Shown here: piece after piece, positions 12,714 through 24,690 of the stretch
Layout of the letters: every line of letters starts with the position of its first letter
Position numbering within the stretch: the first letter of the stretch is position 1
Source: Octopus sinensis
Lineage: Eukaryota
NCBI RefSeq assembly: GCF_006345805.1
Contig: NC_043008.1
Span: 13,578,001 to 13,642,000 of the forward strand
Reading direction: 5' to 3'
Length of the DNA stretch: 64,000 bases
Position numbers and translations under genes: made by a program
The notes under the pieces: model-generated
Database searches by the model: none
What the model saw: only the letters and a program-made list of their open reading frames with translations
Told to the model about the DNA's origin: nothing

Positions 12714-12947
12714 TTTTTCTCTTTTACTTCTTTCAGTCATGTGACAGTTGTCATGCTGGAGCAGCGCCTTTATTCGAGCAAATCGAGTCCAGGACTTATT
12801 CTTTGTAAGCCTAGTACTTTTTTCTATTGGTTCCTATTGCCGAACCGCTAATTTACGGGGACATAAATACACCAGCATCGATTGTCAAGCGATGTTGGGG
12901 AGACAAACACAGACACACATATACACAAACACACACACATATACACA

Positions 12948-12984
<37 letters not shown>

Positions 12985-13146
12985 CGACGGGCTTCTTTCG
13001 GTTTCCGTCTACCAAATCCACTCACAAGGCTTTGCACGGCCCGAGGCTACAGTGGAAGTCACCTGCCCAAGGTGCCACGCAGTGGGGCTGAACGCGGAAC
13101 CATGTGGTTCTTAAGCAAGCTACTTAACACAGCCACTCCTACGCCT
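12714..13146 (-). mobile_element. SINE family C, full length
   Basis: Head GGAGTGGCTGTG...GGTTCCGCGTTCAGCCCC...CACCTTGGGCAGGTG; internal CA/TA tract; conserved 3' half. Confidence 0.92.
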
Positions 13147-14240
13147 CTAATAAGAAGCACTCAAAGATGATCAGGGAAGTCAGTTCGAGTACACATTCTA
13201 TAGAGTAACAGGTTCAAATGCGAATTTATCAAGTTTACCCACAAACACATGAGACAAAAATGTAACTGATCTTAGGTGTACGTAATAGATTATTCACACT
13301 CTATTACAAATGCAAATATATTTACGGCATATATTTCCCAAAACACACAAACAAACATTTTGAAACTACTCATCAAGCATAAAAAAAATTGTCATTATTT
13401 GAAATGTCGATCGCCGAGTTGATCTAACTCATCGAGTTATATCGAAGCATATTCATGAGGCTAATAAAAAAAAAAGTTATTGCTTTGTTAGAGCGGGAAG
13501 AGTTAGTTATCAAATTATTTGGTACTACGTTTCAACTAGTACAGTCAGAAACTAATTTACTTTCGTGGTTTGGAGTCTTCCAAACATCAAGGATTGAAAC
13601 ATTCTATTAATTATTTGTAAGATAATTACATATTTGTTTATATCAAAGTACATTTATGTAAATAATTGAACTTTACTTTGAAAGTAAGAATAATGCTACT
13701 GGGAAGTATAATTGTTATGATGATTCACAATAGGGGTCTCTTTCTTTGTCTTCTGATTAAACATTTTCTATCAAAAATTAAGTGTTTAGCACTATACTTG
13801 GCGATGATTACCCGAAAATTTATCCACTACTTAGTTCCGTCTAGCAAAATGACATAGTTAAAAACAGCTTTGAGGAAAATATGATAAAACCTCTAGAATA
13901 AAATCTAAGCTGTGTCATCTAATCTTCATAAGAAAACCAAGCTCAACTATGATTGTATTGGCTCGTTTTGAAAAATATGGTTACTCTTCCACACAACACA
14001 TGATAAAACATGCGTGAATATCTAGCCATCTTTTTCGCCAGATAAGATCTACTACAGAAGATCTATTTTATATTGCTTTGAAAGTATAAATGCAGCATTC
14101 GGTGAACGTTTCAATGTTAAGTACATAGCATTTCTTACTAAATATTTCACAATGTCTGAAAATAAGACAGAAGAAAGAAAGCGAAAGTGTACACCAATAC
14201 CCTATTATATTTATGGAGATTTTGCAACAGAAATTTTATG

Positions 14241-14395
14241 CAAATTCCGCCGAGGTTGACTTTGCCTTTCATCATTTCGGGTGTCCGCTAATTAAGTACC
14301 AGTTACGCACTGAGGTTGATGTAATCGACTTAATCCCATTGTCTGTCCTTGTTTGTGCCCTCTATGTTTAGCCCTTTGTGGCTAATAAAGAAATA
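14241..14395 (+). mobile_element. SINE family A, 5'-truncated
   Basis: CAAATTCCGCCGAGGTTGACTTTGCCTTTCATC...GTTTAGCCCTTTGTGGCTAATAAAGAAATA. Confidence 0.9.
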
Positions 14396-15045
14396 AGAAA
14401 TGTTATGCTTAGTCCCATTGCATAAAGTAAGCTTTGGAAAGGGAAGTGAAAAATTAATTATTGTTAAATGTATTAACAGACTATATACATATTCCTGTAT
14501 TCTAAACAATCCGCCATGGTAACATACACGAAAAACATTTTAGCGAAGTCAAATATACTTTTGAAGGTCTACTTTGTCTCTATTTGAATTCTTTCATTAA
14601 GCAAGAGTGTGCATAGGATCTAAAATTGAGAGAGAAATTTATTTTGATAGTTTTATTATAAATGTGACTGATAAAACAATCTGAAAAAATCCACTTTATT
14701 ATGCTTATCGATGGTTTGTATAATGCATGTCGTAATTTCTTTCGTTGTGCTGCACACACAAGTGACTATTCCGTTGAATTATGTTTCAACAATCTAACTT
14801 CAAAATCTGTTTTTAGTCATATTTTATCATAACCATATTTTCCAAATCAAAAGAAAATCTACGAATATTTCCTGCAGGATTTAATGGTCTTGTTGGAAAT
14901 GTAATCTTCAAATTTTAGGGGATATGCGCATGAAACAAAATCTTTTTACACTTTTGCAAAATGTGTATCGCAGGTCTTCACTGTAGGCGCGAATCACAAA
15001 AATTATGACTGAATTAAAATGTTTGTGAAATAGCTATAATTGCTA

Positions 15046-15302
15046 TTACGGAGATGTACTTGCATAGTAAGTGATTTGATCTAAGATCGTGTGCTGAAAC
15101 GAAGACAATTGCAGCGTGGACGGTGTTTGTAAGCCATTTAAGAAACACACAAAAGCCGTTCGATTCATTTCAACAGTTGAACAGGTCGCGGTCTTATAGC
15201 GACGAAAATATTTTGACAAATTAAACCTAAATGTTGAAGTGAATCGATTGGCTTTTGTGTGTTTCTTAAATGGCTTACAAACACCTTCCACGCTGTAATT
15301 GT
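15046..15302. mobile_element. Fold-back element with 71-bp inverted arms and a hammerhead-like loop; possibly Penelope-like pseudo-LTR remnant
   Basis: Arms 15105-15175 and 15232-15302, 66/71 complementary. The loop holds a GTCGC/GCGAC stem, then GAAA, then the palindrome AAAATATTTT. The arms are certain; the element class is inference. Confidence 0.6.
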
Positions 15303-15343
15303 TATAATTGCTATACTTTGGTTCTATGATATAACTATATAGA

Positions 15344-15555
15344 TAATTGTTTCAGTCATTTGACCGCGGCCATGCTGGAGCACCATTTTTAGTCCAGCAA
15401 ATCGCCCCCAGGGTTTATTCTTTGTAAGCCTAGTACTTATTCTATCGGTTTCTTTTGCCGAACCGCTAGGTTACGGGGAATTAAACACACCAGCATCCGC
15501 TGTCAAGCGATGTTTGGGGGACAGACTCAAATACACACACACACATATATATACG
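15344..15555 (-). mobile_element. SINE family C, 3' half only
   Basis: TTTCAGTCATTTGACCGCGGCCATGCTGGAGCACC...GCCGAACCGCTAGG...GTCAAGCGATG, ending in the CA/TA tract. Confidence 0.88.
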
Positions 15556-15642
15556 TATGTCTCATATATAAGAATATCATTTAAGCAACTGTATATATAA
15601 GTTACATTAAATTTTAACTAGCTATAGACATTATTATATTAC

Positions 15643-15878
15643 GAGACTTTCACGAGACAGGGGGTGGTGGTGAACCTTGTACTTTTTCACCACAATTTTC
15701 TCTCACTCTTAATTTGTTTCTGTTGTACCTCTATTTCAAAGGACCAGGCTTGTCACACTCTGTGTCACGTTGAATGTTCCCGAGAATTACGTTAAGGGTA
15801 CACGTTAATTTGACGAATAGGCTGCCCCTTTGAGTGGATCAACTGGATCCCTCGTCGTCGTAAACGATGGAGTACCCT
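15643..15878 (+). mobile_element. Degraded SINE family B' (body 2 + tail X), head missing
   Basis: TTTCACCACAATTTTCTCTCACTCT...CCCGAGAATTACGTTAAGGGTACACGTTAATT...CCCTCGTCGTCGTAA shared with 48339-48702. Confidence 0.8.
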
Positions 15879-16679
15879 CATATTTAAATGTGTTGCTATT
15901 ATAGGTAAATAACTGAATTGTGGTCGACATATGTTAGCGTATAGATAGCGCTAGGATAATCAATAGTAATCAGATACGTCTGTTAACAATTTTAACTATA
16001 TTGTAATTTAAGATATTCTGCCCCTGTGAAGCCTTTTGATATGATAGTGTATTTAGCTAGTTAAAATTTAATGTGATTCGTATATACAGTTGCTTAAATG
16101 ATATTCTTATATATAAGGCATACCAGCAAACATTTACGTATGAATAGTTATAAATATATATCCATACGATAATGTAAAAGCCTTAGAGATCCGTTAGAGT
16201 ATATTAAATCATAAAATCCATTACTTTTTCATGTAGAAGTTTTATAAATGTCACAAAAATACCTACTTCGGGAGTATGTATATCCTTAATAATAATTCAC
16301 TTCAAGAATTCACAGAAAATATAAATCAAAACTTTTTTTTACTCTATACTCAGCGTGTTTCTGATAATTCTATTGTGAAATATTTCCAGGAAGAAAGGGC
16401 TCTAATTTCGAGTGTGCAATGAATTTTTTCTATATTTCAAAGAATTCTATAGCCAAAATTAATAAATAGATGAGTCCGATATCTAAAGGGATCCCCTACG
16501 TTGCAATATATTGAATCTAAGTAAATGTTTCAGGCTCTAATGAATAAATATTCCATAACCAACATTATCTCTCTTTCGTTAACTTTGAAGTACTTTAACT
16601 TCTGTGGCTCGCTGCATTATTCATACGTAATACGTTTGCACATATATACACTTACACGCCCAAATATCACATATATTTC

Positions 16680-16715
<36 letters not shown>

Positions 16716-16869
16716 GCTGAACTCCAAAAGCATTAGGCTTTTATATCCTTCAAACATTCTTGTTAATTCTGATTTTCAATAGTTTTTCTTCCTTAAAAAA
16801 CATCGTAGTAACTCACTCTGCTAGTGTATGCGCCTGGTCTTACACAGAAAAACATTTAAACATTGCACA

Positions 16870-17570
<701 letters not shown>

Positions 17571-17737
17571 CATTAAACAGTGACATTTAGTAATGCTTTA
17601 ATTTTATTGTTTGGTATGAGATTTTGCAACAATGGGGAGATCGTTTTGTAATGGACACAAAGGAGATATTGAATATTGAATTCGAACTCAGTCTCTATAA
17701 ATGACCGGAATATAATGTCTAATGTCTAATATATGTG

Positions 17738-17792
<55 letters not shown>

Positions 17793-18166
17793 CATATATA
17801 GAGAGATATTTATAGATATAGATATATGTATGTATGTGTGTGTATATATATATATGTATGCCATTCTTCAGTTATGTTTTAGGACTTCTTACCATTAAAG
17901 AAAGAGCCGGTTTCTAACCTAGATCCAAGGCACGTTCATTGGAATTTCAACATCAATAAGAGGGTATTTTCGCTTGTATGCATGTTTATGTGGAGGTTTG
18001 CATGTTTTCTTTTATGTATGTATTCTCATGCTTATAGTAGCATATCTTGGCATACTCATATATATTTAAATAATAAACTTCTGGAAAGTTTTACATATTT
18101 TTAGAGTTCCAGTGATGGAACGGATCCGTAGGCCTTGAAATACCTTTCTCCTTTCTGATATGTGTC

Positions 18167-18200
<34 letters not shown>

Positions 18201-18232
18201 ATATATATATCCATATATATACATATACATAC

Positions 18233-18876
18233 AGCGGTAAGAAGCTTGCTTCCCAAACAAAAGGTTCCGGGTTCAGTCCCATTGCGTTGCACCTTGGGCA
18301 AGTGTCTACACCTATAGCCTCGGCCGAGCAAAGCCTTGTGAGAGGATTCGGTAGACGGAAACTGAAAGAAGCCCGTCGTATATATGTGTATGTGTGTATG
18401 TGCGTGCCCGTGCTGCCGCGCGTTTGTGTCTGTCTGTATTTGTCCCTCTGTCGTCATCATTATTTCTTTACTACGCGCAAGGGGCTAAACACAGAGAAGA
18501 CAAACAAGGACAGACAAACGGATTAAGTCGATTATATCGACCCCAGTGCGTAACTGGTACTTATTTAATCGACCCCGAAAGGATAAAAGGCGAAGTCGAC
18601 CTCGACGGAATTTGAACTCAGAACGCAGTGGCGGATGAAATACCACAAATCATTTCACCCGGCGCGCTAATGTTTCTGCTAGCTCGCCGCCATCGCATGA
18701 CAACCGATGCACGTGAGTTTATACTCCCGTAACTTAGCGGTTCGGCAAAAGACCGATAGAAGAAGTGCTAGACTTACAAAGAACAAGTCCCGGGGATCAT
18801 TTCCTCGACTAACACTTTAAAACGGTGCTCCAGCGTGGATGGAATCGAATGACTGAAACAAGGAAATGAATTAAAG
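18233..18876 (+). mobile_element. SINE family C interrupted by a family A insertion
   Basis: C 5' half at 18233-18460 and C 3' half resuming CATCGCATGACAACCGATG at about 18691, up to 18876. Confidence 0.88.
18461..18691 (-). mobile_element. SINE family A nested in a family C copy
   Basis: Full A from TATTTCTTTACTAC to GCTCGCCGCC; only a short CATC duplication at the junctions. Confidence 0.92.
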
Positions 18877-18994
18877 GACAAAAAATATATACATACATAC
18901 ACATATATATATATATATATACATACATACATATATGCATACACACATACATACATGCATACACACATACATGCATACACACATACATACATGC

Positions 18995-19025
<31 letters not shown>

Positions 19026-20564
19026 CATGCTCACTTTCAAACATATGTCCATATGTACGTGTGCGCGTGCCTGTGTATTTATACAATCGTATGAATATTT
19101 ATGAGTATGTGTTCCTGTGTGCCTCCATGTGTGTGTATCCACTTAAGTGCACATGTATATTGTATATCCATTTATGTGTACACACATAATATTGTATCAG
19201 TCAGACAGTATTTACTGCCATAGAAATATCTAATACTGAGACTTCTGAAACGAATTTTATTAGCAATTCATGCTTATCCATCTCATTGAAAAAACGGCAG
19301 AATTAAAACATGAAACTTATCTCAACAACAAGAATGGGAACTTGAAACGCTCCAATCTTTCCAATGACAACTCTAAAGCGAAAACTTTGAATATTTATAG
19401 TAAATTTTTGCAAGATGTTCCTATGAATAAATAAATGTAAATACACAGCAAATGAAATGCTTTCATAGATGAGGTGCTGCCACAGAGAAATTCGGTAAAT
19501 TCACTTGTATGTTGATTGATTCTAACCTCAATATCAATTCACATGTCAAATTAATGAAGTGTATTATTCGATGTGTACTTCAGAATTACAGACTGTTGCA
19601 GAGATCGTATGCTTTTCACTAGATTAGTTTTCTCTTAGTTGTTGTGTGGTATTTTCGCTTTGAGCATCTTTTCATTTAAGAGGATATTTAATATCGATGC
19701 AGAGGTCAAGATGGCTTAGATATATCAAAGTGTCGATGAAGCATATCGTTAGCATAAAGTAATGAATTTTCATTGACACGACTTTCTATTATCCTTTTGG
19801 CGATAAATAACCAAACTAATTAATTTAGCACATCAAGAAGCTTTAGTCGTAAAATAGACGCGCTGATTATGTGCCTAAAATATAGTTCTGGCGACAATAA
19901 TAAGATCTCAAACACCGAAAGTAGTATCTTCCCACGAGTTATTAGTTATTAGAGTAATTTAATTTAAATATGCTTATTTTGCTCTAAAACTGATACTAAT
20001 TACAAAAAACTGTATTAATTACTAAGCAGATCTCACTTCTCACTTTCTTCCTTGTTCTTGCTGTTGATGACTGAATAATTAAATTTTCTAATTTATGAGG
20101 AAAGCAAGCCAAATCGATCTCTTACTCCGTCTCTGTAATGGTCGGGATCATATAATTATACAAACGAATCCAGTCAAATCAGTATGGCTATGAAAATTCC
20201 TACAAAAGAGTCAATCATCATACTTTTCTTTCACTTGTTTTAGATTTCCATCTCCGCTGTTGAGAGCAAATATTTAATGTCAAACATTATAGTATGGAAT
20301 TGTGGGGTTTTTCTGAGTAAGGGGCGTCCAAGGATCAATAGTAGAGCAATCGTGTTTTTTTATTATACGTCAACAAATTTGTTAGCAACAAATTCAGCAG
20401 AGATCCCTCCTAGTGGTTTGTATTAAAATATGAATACGAGAATACTGTAAAGGTATAGATTATGTTGTATTGGTACATGACCATAGCGAAAGGAAAACTT
20501 CGAGATTTGTGCAATATGTTGCTATTGAACAGCTGCTATGTACTTGGAAGGCAATTTCGATTTC

Positions 20565-20984
20565 GAGGACTTAATAAACGGCAAACTAAATAATATAATG
20601 TGCTTAATACAGAGACGCAAAATTTTAGCCAAATAAAACCGTGAAGTGTCTGCAAGGCAATAATCAAAACGGAGGTTATTTGAAATATGTTTTCACGTAT
20701 TTTGGGAGATCTTTCATACAAAAACATCTAAAAGAAATGTTGCTAAATGTTATTAAAGTTTATTACGATTAGGAGGACTTAATAAACGACAAACTAAATA
20801 ATATAATGTGCTAAATCTAAATAATATAATGTATTTAATTTTAGCCAAATAAAACCGTGATGTGTGACGGTAAGGCAATAATAACAACGTGGAATATTCG
20901 AAATATGTTGTCACGTATTTGGGGGGATCATTCATACAAAACATCTAAGAGAAATGTTGCTAAATGTTATTAAAGTTTATTACG
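20565..20984. repeat. Tandem duplication of a ~205-bp unit
   Basis: Units 20565-20767 and 20773-20984 both begin GAGGACTTAATAAACG and end GAAATGTTGCTAAATGTTATTAAAGTTTATTACG. Confidence 0.92.
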
Positions 20985-21465
20985 TAATTTTGAATCGTAA
21001 TAGTAAATAGCTAACAGTAGCCTACTATACACATTCGTGCGATTTGAAACTTTGATTAAAACCCTTATATACGAAAATACATGATAAAAATATCTTCCCT
21101 TTGTATCAGATGAATGTTGGCTTAATTAGAAGCCACATAGAAATCAATGGAAGATTATTGTTAACAACGTAAATTCATTATAATTAACCAGCTATTTATT
21201 TTTTATTTATTTATTCTAAACAAAATTTAAAGCAATCCTGTAAACCAAATGAACTGACTGAATTAGAGTTTCTACCATCAGTAGATATTTTATAACGATA
21301 CATTAAATCTAACAAATTCATGCTATTCATTTCCAGAATTTTCTATACAATTCAAAATACTAATTTATTTATTTCAAACAAATTTCCACATGGTATGAAG
21401 AAGAATTTGTGTTACATTTTCACTCCAGTAAATCCAAAGCTATTTCTTATTACATTTAGCAAACC

Positions 21466-21504
<39 letters not shown>

Positions 21505-21738
21505 ATATATATATATTGATAGCTTTACAGAAATAATATGTATGCATATACGTGTAGGTGAAACTAGCTCTTAACAAACAGTTCGATATTACGTGCCGTG
21601 TTCGTTTAATGTTACGTAAATGTAACATACCACGTTTTAGAAGTTATTATATTGCTAGTATATTGCAAAGCATTACTTATACACATCTATCGTGTACAAA
21701 TCGAGACATTGCAATCTCCTGTCTTCGTGATACATATA

Positions 21739-22192
21739 TCCATCTTTCCTTTAACTTGAAAATACCCCATTCTCAGAATTGAGGTAGTTTAATGACAAAT
21801 AATTCATCAAGGTATACTTTTACCTCATCCAAGGAATTGAAATTGTTACCATTAAGACTATTCTTCAGAGACCTGAATAAGTGGAAATCCGAAGGAGCAA
21901 TATCTGGTGAATATGGAGGGTGGGTTAACACATCCCAGCCGAGCTGCAGCAATTTTTGCCTGGTTCCCAAAGTAACAAGTGCCGAAAATGAACTTTCTTA
22001 TCTTCCATTTTATAGGGTTACAGAATTAACACAGGATATAAGAACATAAATCTTCTTTCACGAAAAGGTAGCTTAAACTGTGCTCTAAACAGAGGTGTAG
22101 TCAAATCCTATTTTATGGCCTCAACCATGTTCTAAAATAAGTCGAAATGTAACCTACTATAAATCGACACGAACTTTCCGGACAAACCAATA
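21739..22192 (-). mobile_element. Internally deleted mariner (5' TIR + leader + transposase N-terminus fused to the C-terminal catalytic segment)
   Basis: TIR at 22161-22192. ATG at 22008 gives MEDKKVHFRHLLLWE, joined out of frame to TRQKLLQLGWDVLTHPPYSPDIAPSDFHLFRSLKNSLNG (mariner YSPDLAPxD motif). 3' TIR absent. Confidence 0.93.
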
Positions 22193-23104
22193 ATTGTGAT
22201 TTTTTAGTCGACTATTGATATATTCTGTGACAGTAAAAGAGAGAATAAACCTTTTCATATAGCGCAAACGTTTTCCTGTTTCATTTTCATAATTCACCTT
22301 CATAGCTACCATTTTATATATTATTCCTGTGAAAATTGCTTACGCATAATAGTTACATTTATTTGAGTGATGACAGTACCACTATTCATGTGATACAGAA
22401 AAACTTAAACTACCATGTAGCAACAATGGCAGATATCTATGATGCAATTTGTCTGCAGAGAAATGTCGCAAAATTTCGTAGAAACACTTTCAAACAAAAG
22501 TTATATACTATTATTAAAAGCAGTTAAATGACTTAAATTTATTTTAGATAGTGAATGAGACGAGACGAAGCTACGTCAGAGCAGAAACAAAAGAAAAAAG
22601 AAATTTGTCTAAGATACCCACAATTTTGACGACAATCAGATATTTAGCTAATTATATCGGAGTGGTGGTCAAAATGGTTTTAAGATATTTTAAAATGAAT
22701 TCGTGTTGACATCATTTCTAATTAAACAAATTAGCAAAACTTTAAAAAAATTAACGATAAAAAAAAACACTTTATCATTGTAATAACGGCAGCAGTAACA
22801 GCAGAAGAAGCTGCAGCAAGATTAACAAGAACAAAAACAACCAACAATAAAAAGAAACAAAACAAAAAAAATCAAGACATTCATCTTTGAAAATGATTCC
22901 ATATGACAAATGGTAGTCTTCGTAATTCGTGTTTAATTGAGTTTACCATTCAGTAATTATTAAAACTGCCACAAAAAAATAAATTAAATAAAATATTTCA
23001 TTTCATATTTGTTTAGTTGTTGTTGGTTCTACTTCACATATTTTTTTCTTCATTTCATTTTTAATCATTTCACTGATTTAGATAATTAATATTTTCCAGA
23101 ATAT

Positions 23105-23290
23105 TGTTTCCTCCTTCTGTTATAATAACAACAACAACAAAAATAACAGTGATAAAAATGATATTAATGATAATGATGATGACAATAATAATAATAATTT
23201 TAATAATTTTGATAATAATCTTAATAATCTTAACAATGATGATGGTGAGGATGATGATGATGGTGACAGTAGCAATACTAGCAACATAAA
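23105..23290. repeat. Degenerate (AAT/GAT)n low-complexity tract
   Basis: Directly visible. Confidence 0.8.
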
Positions 23291-24507
23291 GAAATTAATA
23301 TATCAGTAAATAAGTTAAAGAATAAATTACAAATTTATATAAATGTGTAAAGTAGTACTTGACAAATGAATGTTGCAAAAGTTATACTCTTCACATATTT
23401 TTAGAAAGTAAGATTCAAGAATATATATGTACTTATATATATGCACGCATGCGTTTATATTTACATATACATACTGATGAATACTTTTGGCAACACATAT
23501 ACTGCACACCCAAAACACAATCGGTTTATATGCATTTCCATTCATGACGAAGCGAATTTTACACGAAGCCAAAAAATTTATAGAAAAGAATGGATTTTCT
23601 TTGTACTTATTTCTGAAGTAAACTATGGAACATCATATCCGTCAAATTTATTCAGAGACCACGAGAAAAATATTTCAAAGCTTCTTTGTTAAAATTGGAG
23701 CCTAGACGTATCCTTCATTCTCTAACACAGTAAAATAAATTCATATACATCTAGCTCCAAATGTTTAACTGTACGCAAGAGGAGGTATAAAGTGAAAGAT
23801 TAACAACATTTTTTACTATATAACAGCAGGATATATCACATTTCAATAATATTTTATGAGATATTTGATATATTTTTGTGCAACCTATACCATTCTCCAA
23901 GAGAGCTTATTTTTTTCGTAAACTGTATGTCTCATTAAACGCAAAGATATGATGACTATAGAATCATTGAATCTTTAGCCAATTATGTAAAGTGTGGAAG
24001 TCATTTACCGTACTGCAATATTTTTTCCATTCATGAGGATTTAGCGCGTTTTATACAATATCAGTTACATAAATATATAATTTCGGCCAAGGAATCGAAA
24101 GCTTATCAAACTGTTTCATATATTCCAGCTTTTAATATGTGTTAAGCATACATAGAGAGAACAGCTGCACTCTGCTCCAAACATTTTAATTATGTAGAAG
24201 TATTAGTATAAGAAGCTTGAGTCTGTAAGAGAAAATGTGTTGCATAAAAAAAGAAAAGCAATTTAGCAATTCTAAGAGGACACAAAGTTATCCTTGTGTT
24301 TTAGCTCAAGATGCAGAAGTAATTTCTTTATAGCCAGTAGAGTATCTCGAAGGAAGGTTATTTAAGATATGTTTCAATGAAAGTTAATTCTAACAAAAAT
24401 TTGCCATGTCGTGCTCGGAGAAGCTAATCTTCGAAAAAGTGTCATTTAGCTTCCAGGTATAGAAATGCATTCCAGAACAATTCCGAACTGCATGATATCT
24501 TCTCATT

Positions 24508-24546
<39 letters not shown>

Positions 24547-24622
24547 CCTTACCCTAATTGAATTATTCTTAATGACTTGAGATACTCGTTCTGCCTTGGT
24601 TTTTATTTTTCCTCTAATGATA

Positions 24623-24690
<68 letters not shown>

